Shown: piece by piece, positions 23,111-35,302 of the stretch
Numbering within the stretch: the stretch's first letter is position 1
Layout: every line of letters starts with the position of its first letter
Program-made: the position numbers and the translations under genes
Assembly (NCBI GenBank): GCA_965112155.1
Contig: OZ218099.1
DNA length: 64,000 nucleotides
Strand: one strand, 5' to 3'
Source of the DNA: Podarcis liolepis
Lineage: Eukaryota
The notes under the pieces: generated by a model
Database searches by the model: none
Told to the model about the DNA's origin: nothing
Seen by the model: the letters and a program-made list of their open reading frames with translations, nothing else

Positions 23111-26100
23111 ATGCGACATGGACGAATGCCATATATTTAGAGGAGGAGTCAGAACATTTCAACACTTAATTTATTTTAGAACTAGGACTAGCTTAGGGCT
23201 GGGCCATCTTGTTTGGGAACTGGAGGCCAACCAGCTTGTGAGATCACCCTTTGGAAGCTGGCTTGTTTAAAAACCTTTCTCCCCACTTAAAATGGGGTTG
23301 ATCTTCAGGCTAAGCTGCCTGGGCATACCTACTGCTGTAAGCTAAACAAATGGCCTTCTAAACACATGTAGAGGTCCCACTATGCATCACAAGAAAATGC
23401 TCACTTCGATGAAACTGTATTTTAACTAGAGAGGAAGTGTACATAAATGTTCCCGTAATGCAGAGGAAATACCCGTCTATTTTTGTGTGTGTGGTGCACC
23501 TCAATGTATCTTCCATGTCTTTGTGTGCTTAAGGAGGAATGGCTTAGCAAGGAGAAATCTCAGGGACTTGGTTGTCTCTAATAGGTTTCCAAACCTATTC
23601 TTTTCCACATGTGTTTAGATCATTTGACTCAACCCTAATCTAATTTTGATACCTGTACAATTTTCAATAACTTTTTGGTTTGTTAAATTGATTTTTTATG
23701 AGTTTTGTTTCCATTGTCCTTTTTACTGGAAATATTATACATGTACTGAGAAGGACACTGCAGTCCGTCCCAGGAAACTCCACAACTGCTCTTCTCAAAT
23801 GACACCTGGAGAAAAGTGATGTTTAGTTCTAGCAGGCCAAAAGAGCAATCCTTGTGTGCTCCCTGCTCAACTCAGCTTTAAGAACAGACCCTCATTTATA
23901 GAGGAAGCCCTTCCAAACACAGGTGATGGCTATTCATTTCTAGACATGAGCCTCCAACATTTGCAGGTTCCAGATGATACTGGAGGAGGGGGAGCGCCCA
24001 CACCTTGCGTGATCAGGTGCAAAAAAAGAGTTGCAAAAAGGTGCTAACCAAATGCATTTTCACCCATATTCTTTGGAATTAAAACTCCAGTGGTGCAGCT
24101 CTCCTGTCTCTGTCCACATATTACTTCACAAGCTGCTGAGAGTCACAATCAGACAGCAAATGGCACCCTGTGGGGACAGAGGTGGGGTTGTTTGCAGAGG
24201 TGAGATGGGTTTCATTTGGAAGCCCAGTGTTAGGGGAGGTGAAAGCAGTTTAACTCACAGCATCTCCTTACTTAAAAGAACCGCTAGGCTTGCTCCGCTA
24301 GGCACTACCACTTAATGTGAGTCATCTCACAATTAACATGGACTCTAACCTGCTCCTTCGTAAAGTATTTTAAAGATGGGCCGATGATTCTAAGGGCTTG
24401 CATACACAATTAGAGGCATTTGAGGTTCTTCCACAGGTGGGTGTTTTAGGGTTATTAGTTCTGAATAAAAACCACATATGCGGATAGTTGATATAAGGAA
24501 TTGAGGTTAGAATTTTGAGTTGTGCATCGATCCCATCCTATGGTTTACATAGGGGGTCACCAAGTGGCAGCCACAGGCAGAAACCTGGCCTTCAACATGA
24601 AGTGTCTGGCCAGCCTGTTACTATACTACACTACATTCATGCCCTACAAGCTCACCAGACGGGTAAGATGACATGATAGCAGACAGATATTGGCTTATTC
24701 CTCTGCTCTTGTACCATCCCTTACACCATGCGTATGTGGAAAATGTCAGGCTGTTAGTGGAAGGGAGACTGATGAGGATACGTGATAATCTTAGTGGGAA
24801 AAGGATGGTAAAACAACTCTGCCATGCACTCTGAGCCCAGAAATGAGGTCAAATCCATGCATGCATGTCCCAACTCACGGAGTTAGAAAATTGGTTGTCA
24901 CTTGCTTACAAGATCACTAAATGATGACTGGGCACATTCTGCCAGTTGTCAAAGATGATGGTTCTTTCCCTAAAAATGCAGTGTGATCTTAGCCCTGTTC
25001 ACTCATTCCCTCCCATGTGATTCCAAGTGTTTGAGTGAAGAGAGCAGGGGCACAGTTGCTAGCACCCTCCCTACATTGTGATCCCAACAGCTTGTAGTTG
25101 TGTTGCTCTCTACACAGTCAAATGCAATTTCTGCAGCAGAGAAAGCAGGCTCCTCCCTAGGGAAATTCTGCTCAAACACGCAGAGGGATGCAGGGAGGGG
25201 CTGATGGGGACATGATGGAGGGGGTGAGGCCAACAAGTGCACTTCCTCCTCACATGCATGTGGAGGAATGAATAGGAGCATTGCCAAGACACTAACAAAA
25301 TAGTCAGAGACTTCTAATTTCTAACATAATGTTTAACCAAAGGGGGAATGTGCTGATTATTACTTTTGATAACATTACATTTAGCAGAAGCTTCTATTCT
25401 TCTGAATTTAGTAGTAGCAGCTGATGGCCAAACCCAGGCAAAAACGACCTCACAAAACTTAGATCAACCTTGATCTGGAATGCATAGTATTTTGGGTGAA
25501 GATACCAAGATCTAAGTTAACCTACATTATGAGAAGGAAATGATTGCTCTGAGCACCAAAATGAGGTGTCAGGTTGATGCCCTGATGAAAGGATTAAAAA
25601 ATGGTAGGCTAAGATAGCTGTACCACATAAAACACTTGCAAAGGAGGGCATGTCAGCTTCTGAGGGGGGGCAGTCCAAAGCTGGCTCCTCAACATAGCCA
25701 AAATTTCATTAATATGTTCCTTAATCAAGTTCCTTAATCAAGATAAGCATTGATCTAGTGAGAACTTCATACTGGCTATTGAATTAAAATGTATTTGATG
25801 GCAGGGGCCAGATGTTTGCCTGATAATTTTATTATTTTGTATTCTCCTAGACATGCATACATCAGCTATTTATTTGTAAACCCAGTACATTATTTGTACG
25901 GAACAGTCTCCTTGTCCTCTTTCAGCTGCAGATCCTTTGCAGAATTCTGGCTATGCCTGTTGATTTAAGATGGTTAGGAAACATGTGTTCTGCTGCACTG
26001 ACTCATGTAGAGCTTATTCAACATCATACATCTGCTTCTGGACTGTGCTGGGGGCGGGGGAGCAGAATCACATGCCCCCAGCAAATGCTGTACTCTTTAT

Positions 26101-27963
26101 TATTAAACTGCAGTGTGGATTACACTTCCAGTCCTAGAAAGCAATATGTTGATTGTTGTGAAATAAAAAGCAAAGAACTAAATATTAACAACTTTCCTAC
26201 TCCCCAAGCTTCAAAAGCTATTTGTCAAGGAGTGAGTGGGGCTGCCATTTTGATAAAAATAGTAATAATAAACGACTCAGAGCTCAGTAGCCCTCCGGAT
26301 CATAGCTTACATATTTAGAAGAGAAAAGGAGAAAGAGAGAAAGGAGATAAGAAATGGGAAGCTAGAGCCATAGGGAAGTGTTGCTTTCACCTCACAGGAC
26401 TTTGCCAAACAGTAGTTTTAAACAGTCACAAATGCTGGGAGGAATGATGTTCCTTTGTCCAAGCTCCTACCAGGTGTCATTTTTTAAGGGACATAAATTT
26501 AACTAGCTTGTGAAGTGCAGGATTTCAGAAATCAGGGATACAAAGGAAAATCTTTTTACTGGGACAATTTGAGTCTTGGCTTCATACATTTCTTCTCAAG
26601 ACAGAAAGCTGCTTACAACGCCTTTGTTCACAAAAAACAAGGAAAAAACCCCATCACCTTCTCATTGACTATGTATCTATGTATATTTTTTTGGGGTGGG
26701 GGCAAAATCTCTAGAGAAGAAATGTACTATGCATAATGTACAATTAACAACATTTCCACGAGTTTCTATGCTAACTGCAAGGGATAAAAAGAACCCCCTA
26801 CCTCTTGGTGCAGTTCTGTGAAGTAAAATTTACGACACTGTTTTCTGTTCAGTACATGGCTATAACTTACACAGTGCCAGATGACGTTTGACTATTCTAT
26901 ATTTGATGGACTTTTCTGTTATCCCCTCCAGCTGTTTTCTATAAGGAATGTATGTAAACATGTATGTGTGAATGCAAATGTGCGCAAAAGGGTTGATGCA
27001 GGAGAACACGTCTGCAAATGAAAATGAGCTACAGCAGCTTACACAAGTACCCTTTGATCCAGAGACTTGCATGTGCTCAAGAACACACATAGCATCTCTT
27101 GAATGGACAAAGGTTCTGATTGTTTTCAAGGGATGCGGCACACGTATCACGATATGCAGCCTAGGTCCGCAGTATGCCCTTCTAAGATGAATGGGGAAGA
27201 TTGTGTGTGCAGGGGAAACTGTGGGTCCATTGATACTCTCGCACACAGATCCCTGCATTCAGGTATCCGAACAGACAAAAGAACCAACTTGGGTTCTCTA
27301 CTACATAAAGCAAAAGTACCAAATTATTTTTTATTCTCTTTTTAAATACGTAGTATATAAAGATCTATATTTTTATCCGTTTGGAGGAGGAGTGAAAGCA
27401 GTTGAACCAAATAGGTTGAATAATGCAACAGACCTTTAAATAGTGACCAAGAGCCTTGTTTTTCCCCTGGCCTCTTCAACACACAATTGCTGAAGGCACA
27501 CACCACTTTGGGGCATGTGATGAGGTTGTGTGAACACAAGATGCTTGGAAACGATCCATTCTGGTGAGTCCCTTCTACGCTATTTTATCCAGAGTCTATG
27601 CAATTCTTTTCATACTTCAACAAAACTAGCCCCCTTCAACCGTTACCGTACACTCAGAGGTTTGCCTTCTTCATTCTCAAAAGTGCAGCAGCTCAGTGGT
27701 GAGGGAGGGTTTCCAGGAGAACAAAGCTCTTGTGTGCTATGGGCAATGTTTTTGTGCAGGATTTGTCTGTCTCAATTGTCGGCGTGTGCGTGTGTGCGTG
27801 CAATATATGGCTGTGTACGACTGTGCTCGTGACAGGTTTGAAGCAAGTGAAGTCACTTTTGTCCCTGCTTTCATGTAAATGCACTTTAATGTAATACAAT
27901 GTGGATGTCATGTCAATGTAATCTGGATTTATGCTTTTCTAGTGAACTGTTACAACCATAGTG

Positions 27964-27969
27964 AATAAA
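27964..27969 (+). terminator. SLC16A3: Probable distal polyadenylation signal of SLC16A3
   Basis: AATAAA preceded by several TGTA motifs (27814-27920) and followed by U/GU-rich sequence. Confidence 0.55.
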
Positions 27970-28430
27970 GCTATTTATTCTGTTGTCAAAATATTGTTGC
28001 ATCAGGAATTATGGCTCTGAAAATTCATTCTTCTGCTATTTTTATTTTATTCTGAGGCTTAGTCAACAGCCTAATTTTCTATCCAGCCTCAGCTCAGGCA
28101 TCTATTTGTCGTGCTAGGTTTCCAAACCTGAAACATAAAAATAGATAATGCCCCTGAGAAGCAGATGGAAAATAATCATGTTCACACTTCTAGAATGAGG
28201 GAAGACTTCTAGATCAGAGGTTGGTGGGTCTAGAGAGATATAAGCTAGGCTATCTATTTTTCTTGAAATAACACAATGGGCTTGGAGGGGTTTTTTTTTT
28301 CTCCTGACTACTTTGCAAAAACATCTGACTTCTCCATCAGGTTGCCTTGTCACTTTTAATCTGCAGTTGTCTAGGTGATCTTTGCCTGCAATTCTAAGCT
28401 CTCCCCCACAAACTGAAGGCCAGAAATATA

Positions 28431-28652
28431 CAGTGGTACCTCAGGTTAAGTACTTAATTCCAGAGATCGGTACTTAACCTGAAACTGTTCTTAACCTGAA
28501 GCACCACTTTAGCTAATGGGGCCTCCTGCTGCCGCCGCACAGCTGGAGCACGCTTTCTGTTCTCATCCTGAAGCAAAGTTCTTAACCTGAAGCACTATTT
28601 CTGGGTTAGCGAAGGCTGTAACCTGAAGCGTATGTAACCTGAGGTACCACTG
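28431..28652 (-). mobile_element. Tc1/mariner (Tigger-like) MITE, opposite orientation
   Basis: TIRs CAGTGGTACCTCAGGTTA / TAACCTGAGGTACCACTG, TA TSD; the interior is the reverse complement of the 14684 and 19313 copies. Confidence 0.92.
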
Positions 28653-31132
28653 TACTTCAAAAATTGGAAGTTCTAATTCTTGTGACCGACCTTAAGTAAG
28701 GATGTAGGTGGTTGGTGTTCTAACTGCTTGTCCTTTCACTTAATATATGGAGCACTGATTTAAAAACAGGTCAAATTAACAAGTTAAGCCAATGACCCTA
28801 ACCAAGCTCTGCTTCCATCCTATCTCACAAGGCACACTAATTTATCTTAAGTACCAAAAGGAAGAGTTTTGTCATTTACTGAGACACAATATGAAAACCT
28901 ACATGAGGAATAACATCGAAGTCAAAGAAGTCAAAGTTCACATGCACACCATACATCTAAAACACATTTAAAGCCCATGGTTTCCCTTAAATGATCCTGG
29001 AAACTGTAGTTTACCCTCACAGAGCTACAATTTCCAGCATCCTTAACAAACCACAGTTCCCAGTATTCTTTGGAGGCAACTGTATTTTAAATGTGTGGAT
29101 GCAAACTTTGTTTTAAAATGGGAACATAGAAAAGCACTGGGTTATGACTACTTAATACTACCCAGGTATCTGAGTTGTTAAGCATTACCAATGAAACATA
29201 ATCCTCACACTTCTGGAACCAAGCTTGAAAAAGGATGTATGCTGCTTTTTCTTGAACCAGTTCAGGTGCCAGGGATTTTATGCAGCTCCACAATTTGTGG
29301 GAAATGTGCCTGCTCCGTAGTATTTTCTACAGCAATACCCGTAGGTTCAGGGTAACACTGGGCTTTAAATAAGGGTCTGCATACATTTGCGGCCGCTGCC
29401 GTTTAAAGATGGGGTTACACGCAACGCTTTGCATGTTTAGCGTGCAGAACAGTGGGAGTTGCTGACTAGTGGGCAAAAACTAAGTGTCAAAACCAGGGAA
29501 GACTAAGCATAAAGGCAGAGAATGCCGCCTTGATAATCCTAGCTCCATAAGGGCGCCATGTTACTTCTATTCCTGGAGCCAAATTTGAATAGGGTAATCT
29601 TTCATAAGCTGCCCTGAGAGCCTTTCGGGGCTATGAAGTGGGATAAACATTCTAAATGAAGATATGCTGCAATATGGGGCTGGGGGAGCAATCACACAAA
29701 CTAGCAGATTCAGGATTAGGATCACCTTCAGGTGGTGGGGGTGGTGTTGAAATTGGGGGTTGAGAGGTTGGAGAAGAGACAGAAAGTTCTAGGTGGGGCT
29801 GCAGTGAAGGAAAATAATTGGTTTGAACACTTTTCCTCTGCTTAACTTCTCCCCTTCAGAAGCTTTTGCAAAGGGATTTAAATTAAGAAAACCAGATGTG
29901 GAAAAGGGTTAACCCCACTTCCCTAGTACAGTACCGCACCAGGCATTAAAAAGAAAAGAGAGCAGATCCCAATATTACTCAAATACATATGTACTTTGCG
30001 TGAAAAGTCTAGAAACTAGTTTCTGCTATGGAACTAAAATCCTTAGGATTACTGATACACAAACTAGGTTAAATCTAGATTTCTTTGTTTTTGTTTATTT
30101 TGAGCAGCTCACCATATGGCAAAGTACTATTAGGACAAAATAACAGCCAGGCTTTACTGTAGGGTGGTTGAACACTGAATGAGTGTGAATTATATGGAGG
30201 GGCAGATGGCAATAGCTTCTGCACAACCCAAATTAGGAAAAAGCACACAGGCAAAATTAACTTGGAACGCCAGTAACTCAAGGGCTTTTCTTAAAAAAAA
30301 TAAAAATGTTTTGAAGAAATGCTTTTGCTAAATGTTGAAACACCAGACAAAATTGTTCTTTACTCTCATTAAGTACAGGTGACATAAATTCATATAGAAA
30401 GCGTTTACGTCCAGAAAGAGGTGGTTGCTTCATTTTGAGCCCATTTAATGGTTTTAGTTGAAACTCTGACCCCCTTCACTTTGTTCTCATGAAGCTGCAG
30501 TGTGGGGCTGTGTCTCTGGTCCCATTCTTAACAGCACACCTCTGCTTGGCTCCCCATTCCTCTTGCCTGCAGCAGGGAGGCCTCTATGTTGAGACTTCCC
30601 TGGATACTGGAAGTCTTAACAGTGTTCCAGGACCCAGGGAAGCCAACACCTGTCCAGATCTTTGTGCATAGGCTTACTTGCTTCAGATCTCCCCATGCAT
30701 GGCAGAGGGAGCCATGTATTAGGGTGGGGCCAGAGATAAAGCCCCCCAGCCCTTCTCTACCCAGGTTGCTTCCTTGTGAGACTAATACAGTAAGAGAGCT
30801 TCTCTGGATTTTAAGTTATTTGCTGGACAAAGCAACTCTAATCCTATAGCTATAGCTAGGCAGTATGAGATAATTATGTAGCCAATGACATGCCAGCACT
30901 TCTTCTTTATGATGAATGAACAGAGGCACTAGCATCCCATCAGTGCTGACTAAGTCTTGTGGAGGGAACACCAAGTAAGTGAATATAAGTAGGTCGGTGC
31001 CTGACAGTAGCGCTTCTCAAATTGGGCCATGAAAAGGCAAACCAAAAAGCACCCAAAGTAAATTGCTTCCACACTTGTAAAAAGCAAATTTACATCAGCC
31101 TTGTATTTAAGCGCTCGCCTAGTAGCCACTAG

Positions 31133-31271
31133 CCAGGGATGCAGAACTTACGGTCCTCCAGATGCAGTTGAACTGTAACTCCCATCATCCTGGGCCACTG
31201 ACCATGTCTGATACAGATGTTGAGAGTTGTAGTTCAGCAACATCTGGGGAGCCTCAGGTTTCCCACTCCTG
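31133..31271. mobile_element. Short palindromic squamate MITE (AACTCCCATCA type)
   Basis: Internal inverted repeat CCAGATG..AACTGTAACTCCCATCA / TGAGAGTTGTAGTT..CATCTGG; relatives at 32946-33076 and ~56890-57012. Confidence 0.6.
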
Positions 31272-32467
31272 CCATGGGCAATAAGGAATTGCATGCAGGT
31301 GAGGGAGCAAGCTAGTTCAGGAGAAATGGGGTGCTGATCTCTGTCTTCTTGGCAGAAAGAGGGCTGGGGGAAGAAAAGTCCCTGACTGCACCCTGACCTT
31401 TTATGGTTGTGTTTTGTATGTGGAACTCCCTGCCTCAAGAGCTCTGATTATCGTTCTTTGCACTGGTATTCTGCTTCCACTTGACAACTTTGCTTTCAAC
31501 AAGCTCTCAATCCTGTTCCTAGATCAGCGTTAAGTACTTATTTACTGCCTGACATTTAAAATGTCCCCCCCATCCTTCTTTCAATACGGTTCAGTAGTTA
31601 CTGTTATGCATTTTAGTATTTTAATGATGTAGAATATTGTTGGTTCTAATTCTGAGTACTTGCTGTGTTCTGTTGGCTGCTCCAAGTGCTGCCGTAAGGA
31701 GGGAAAACAGGAACAAAACTAAAGGAGGCTGTTGCAAGAGGGACAGAGGAGGTCTTATTCAAGTACTCTTAAAAGTGCTGTAAAAGTGAGGTGAGGTGTG
31801 CCTCCAGTAGGAGAGAAAATAAGGTTTGGAAAATACTGAAACAAGAGTTCATCTCTACATGCATATCCAGCTTCTACTGCCAGGTATATTGCTGGGTGAA
31901 GGACAAGCCCTTGTCTGTCTCACTTTTGGAAGGGCCAAATGCAGCCTATCTGCAGCGCAACTGAAGACGGCAGTGTAAGTGATACATAACCATCCACGGC
32001 ATGAAGGTTTCACTGTTTGTTTTGCTTAGCCACTCCAGGATATAGTATTCTGCTGGGTAGTAGTATAGTGCAGCAATCTTTTAGATGAGTCAGGTCTCCC
32101 AAAGATTGACCTGCTACTTTTGGAATAATCCCACTGGAGGCTTAACAGCCATGTGACTTTTATTACAATCCTGCTTATTCTACATGACTGTATAATGTCT
32201 GGTTTTATTTCTGAGCTTCTACATGTCATGGTACAGTAAAAAGACTGTGACTGCCACTGGTGGTAGGAATCACTCCATTTTGTCAAGTTTTGATATTGAC
32301 TAGTTTCTGAAGTTTACATCTCAGCCCTTACTTATTAACTCTTTTTGCTATATGAATGTTTCAGCACCCGATGCTGAAAAATGCATGGTACAGTGAGATA
32401 GACCCAGATCTATTATTCTGTGCTCAATAGCGGGTTCTGACATCTTCCTTTCCACTTTTGTCTGCAG

Positions 32468-32619
32468 CAGTGGTTCCCAACTGGTGGTCCGTGGACCGCA
32501 GGGGACCACATAACCCACCTAGGGGTCTGTGGCACCATCCACATAACAAAAACTACCATACAGGTATCAAAAATTTCAAAAGTAGGGGTCTGCAGTACTT
32601 AGCTAATTGGGAACCACTG
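32468..32619. mobile_element. hAT-type MITE
   Basis: TIRs CAGTGGTTCCCAA / TTGGGAACCACTG (13 bp perfect). TSD not preserved. Confidence 0.7.
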
Positions 32620-32945
32620 ACTTATACTGTATCTCACCCTTTGGTGATAAACCCACCCTGCTTTTTCCACTTCGAACTTTCCATTTCCTCCCAATCAAAC
32701 TCCCAGAAGATTTTCACATCACCTCCCTCAAATTTCAGTGGCCACACCCCAAGTCAATTTCACATTCATCCCAGCAGAATGAACACTGCTGTCTTCCCAA
32801 GTACCTCAACTAGAAACCAATACTATTCCTGGAGCACACAAGAGGAGGGGAAAGGGGAAAGCCTTGCTAAACTATAAAAGCTAGCAAAACAAAAATTAAC
32901 TCCACAAGAAAGGTCAGAAGTCACAGCAGATGCCTGGCCTTAAAA

Positions 32946-33076
32946 CCCAGGTGAGGGACCTATAACCCCTACAGATGTTGATGGTATCCAACTTCCATCA
33001 GGTCCAAACAGCATGGCTGATAGACTGAGAAGATGGGAGTTGTAGTCCAGCAACATCTGGAGGTTCCCCACCCCTG
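32946..33076. mobile_element. Short palindromic MITE with 8-bp TSD (hAT-like)
   Basis: CCTTAAAA at 32938-32945 and 33077-33084; internal inverted repeat around GATGGGAGTTGTAGTCC. Confidence 0.65.
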
Positions 33077-33179
33077 CCTTAAAATTTCTGGCAAAGGCTG
33101 TGAATAAATATGTTGTTCTATAAGCAGAGAACCCATTAGATGTGCAAATAAAGGCAAAATAGATAGAAGTCCTTATGAA

Positions 33180-33185
33180 TTTATT
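33180..33185 (-). terminator. CSNK1D: Probable distal polyadenylation signal of CSNK1D
   Basis: AATAAA on the minus strand with a cluster of upstream TGTA motifs; repeats begin just beyond it. Further AATAAA at 34292-34297 and 34766-34771 are candidate proximal sites. Confidence 0.6.
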
Positions 33186-35251
33186 TACACAATTATTAAA
33201 GTACACAAATACAGTGGTAATACAAATGAGGTGTTCCGAGATAACTTGATACCAGTACACAGGTTTAGAGACATTCTAACTATATTTTCAGTAGGTGATG
33301 GTGGGATTTAACTATAATGGAAGGGCGCAGACTGCCCACAACCAAGTACAAGTCTAGAAATTTGCATCAGTCAACTTTTTAAGTATAGTACAGCAATTGA
33401 AGGTTCCAGATATATATAGAGAAGAAGAGGCTGCCTTTATAAGTCTCTAACATTACATCATTTGACCACAAGTATTTACAAAGAAAGCACACAGAAGTGT
33501 AGAACTGTACAAAATGGAAGTGCACATGCCTAAAGAACCAACATCCACAGTAACCAAGTGATATAGTTATGCAAAATTCTCCATGGACCAACATTTAAAA
33601 ACATTCCCATTGCACTTCCCCAATTGTGGGTTGCATCAAATCAAGACTTTTAAAATACAAATAAGCACTTGGTTAATGTTCTAACATACCGGTAGCTAAA
33701 GGAAAGCGACAAGATTGTTCATATCCACAAAACTAAAAAGGAACTGGCAAAGCTTTAAAACAATAAAAAGTTTTTGCAAATTAAGAGCAAAATAAAACCA
33801 TGGAGTTCTATTAGCCACCAAGTTTCCAAGGAAGCATGAATCTCACATTTGTTGATTAAAAAGTAGTAACACAACATATCTATGTATTGCATCTTCATTC
33901 CCAAGGTGGGACTGGTGGGACTTTGAGTGGTATTTGGTATGATTCACATGCCTTCTACTTTCCCAGATTACAGTGGGATAAATATATTGCTCATGAAAAC
34001 AAAGGTTCTTCCATATTTATAGCTGGCACACTCATTTGCTAAGATAAGTGTTTTGGCCATTACTTAAGTATATCATCAGCTGAAGGCCAGTTGTTCCAGA
34101 CTTGCACACTTTAATATTAAAGAATTCAACAAGCTTGAATGTTCTCTTGGCATCTCGCAGCAGGAACATTTTGTTTATAGCTCGGAGCCTTGGCATACTG
34201 CAGCAAGCTCTAAGCACTTGTCGTTCTCCGCGTATTCAAGAGAAGCACACCTACTACAACGCTGCTCACACCGCAGTGACAGCATTCAGATTTTATTGGC
34301 ATCTGTACCAAAAACCAAGCAGAAATCATGGATCCTGTCACTCACATGGAACCCTGCTCTAGGAATACATTTTACATTCACTTAATAAAACCTTCCTGAA
34401 CAGGTTATTTTAGAGCTTTGACTTTTCTTCTTCAGAGTCTATGAAGTGATCTTATCACCTCTACTGGGTTTGGCTACTTCTCTTTAAAATTATCTTCTGC
34501 TCTTTCTTGGACAGTACTAGAGACGAATAAACATTGGAATAAAAATATGTTTATGCTGCAGGGTGACTGAGCTTTAAAAAAACCCTGGAAGAACAAGACA
34601 GCCAAAAGCAAAGATAATAAAAATGTATTAAAAAAAATATTGAGAATACTCCTCTGTAGAATGGGACCATACAAAAGTAAACAGTGTAAAATAAAAGCAG
34701 ACTGTTCAAATTCATTTACACATTCCCTGCCTGACTTAAGTTTACAAGAAGTTTCAAGTCTTGTTTTTATTTTGTTTTAAACTTCAGGATTGTTCACATT
34801 TCTACATAGGTTCCAAATCAGACAAAAACGAGATTGATTTTTTGTTTTTACAGAGAGTTAAGCCAAGAATCTTAGCAAAATGAATACAAAACTTTCTTAA
34901 ACCAAGTAAAAGATTCATAGTTACAGTAGAACAATAAAAAGGGGGGAAAGGCTGCCGCCTGTGGAGGGAGAACTGAAATGGCTATTAAATAACAGGCGGT
35001 TAATGCTGTAAACCGTCTCTTCCTTTTCCAGCTGTGTTGCTAGAGTTCACATAAGGTTATCAGGTTTCTGGCCAAAGCCTCTTGTAGTGGCAACTGCTGG
35101 ATTCTGTCCATGTTCCTGCGAGTATCTTTAAGTAGCAAGGAGAGATCCAGTTGTGTTATTTCTTCTGCTCTAGTTTGGGGTAGTTTTGCTAGTAAAAGCC
35201 ATTGGTAACAGGAGATCAGCCATGCATTATCTGCCCCTCAATGGCAACATT

Positions 35252-35302
35252 TCACCGATGCACAGCAGACTGGAGAATACTGGTCGTCGCCAGAGCAGGA
35301 AT
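35252..35302 (-). CDS. CSNK1D: Casein kinase I delta, terminal exon (delta1 tail)
   Basis: CTTCAATAG|ATT...; IPALATTSILQSAVHR*, 16 aa, homologous to the mammalian delta1 tail IPGRVASSGLQSVVHR. Confidence 0.92.
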   Translation of the reverse strand: MPALATTSILQSAVHR

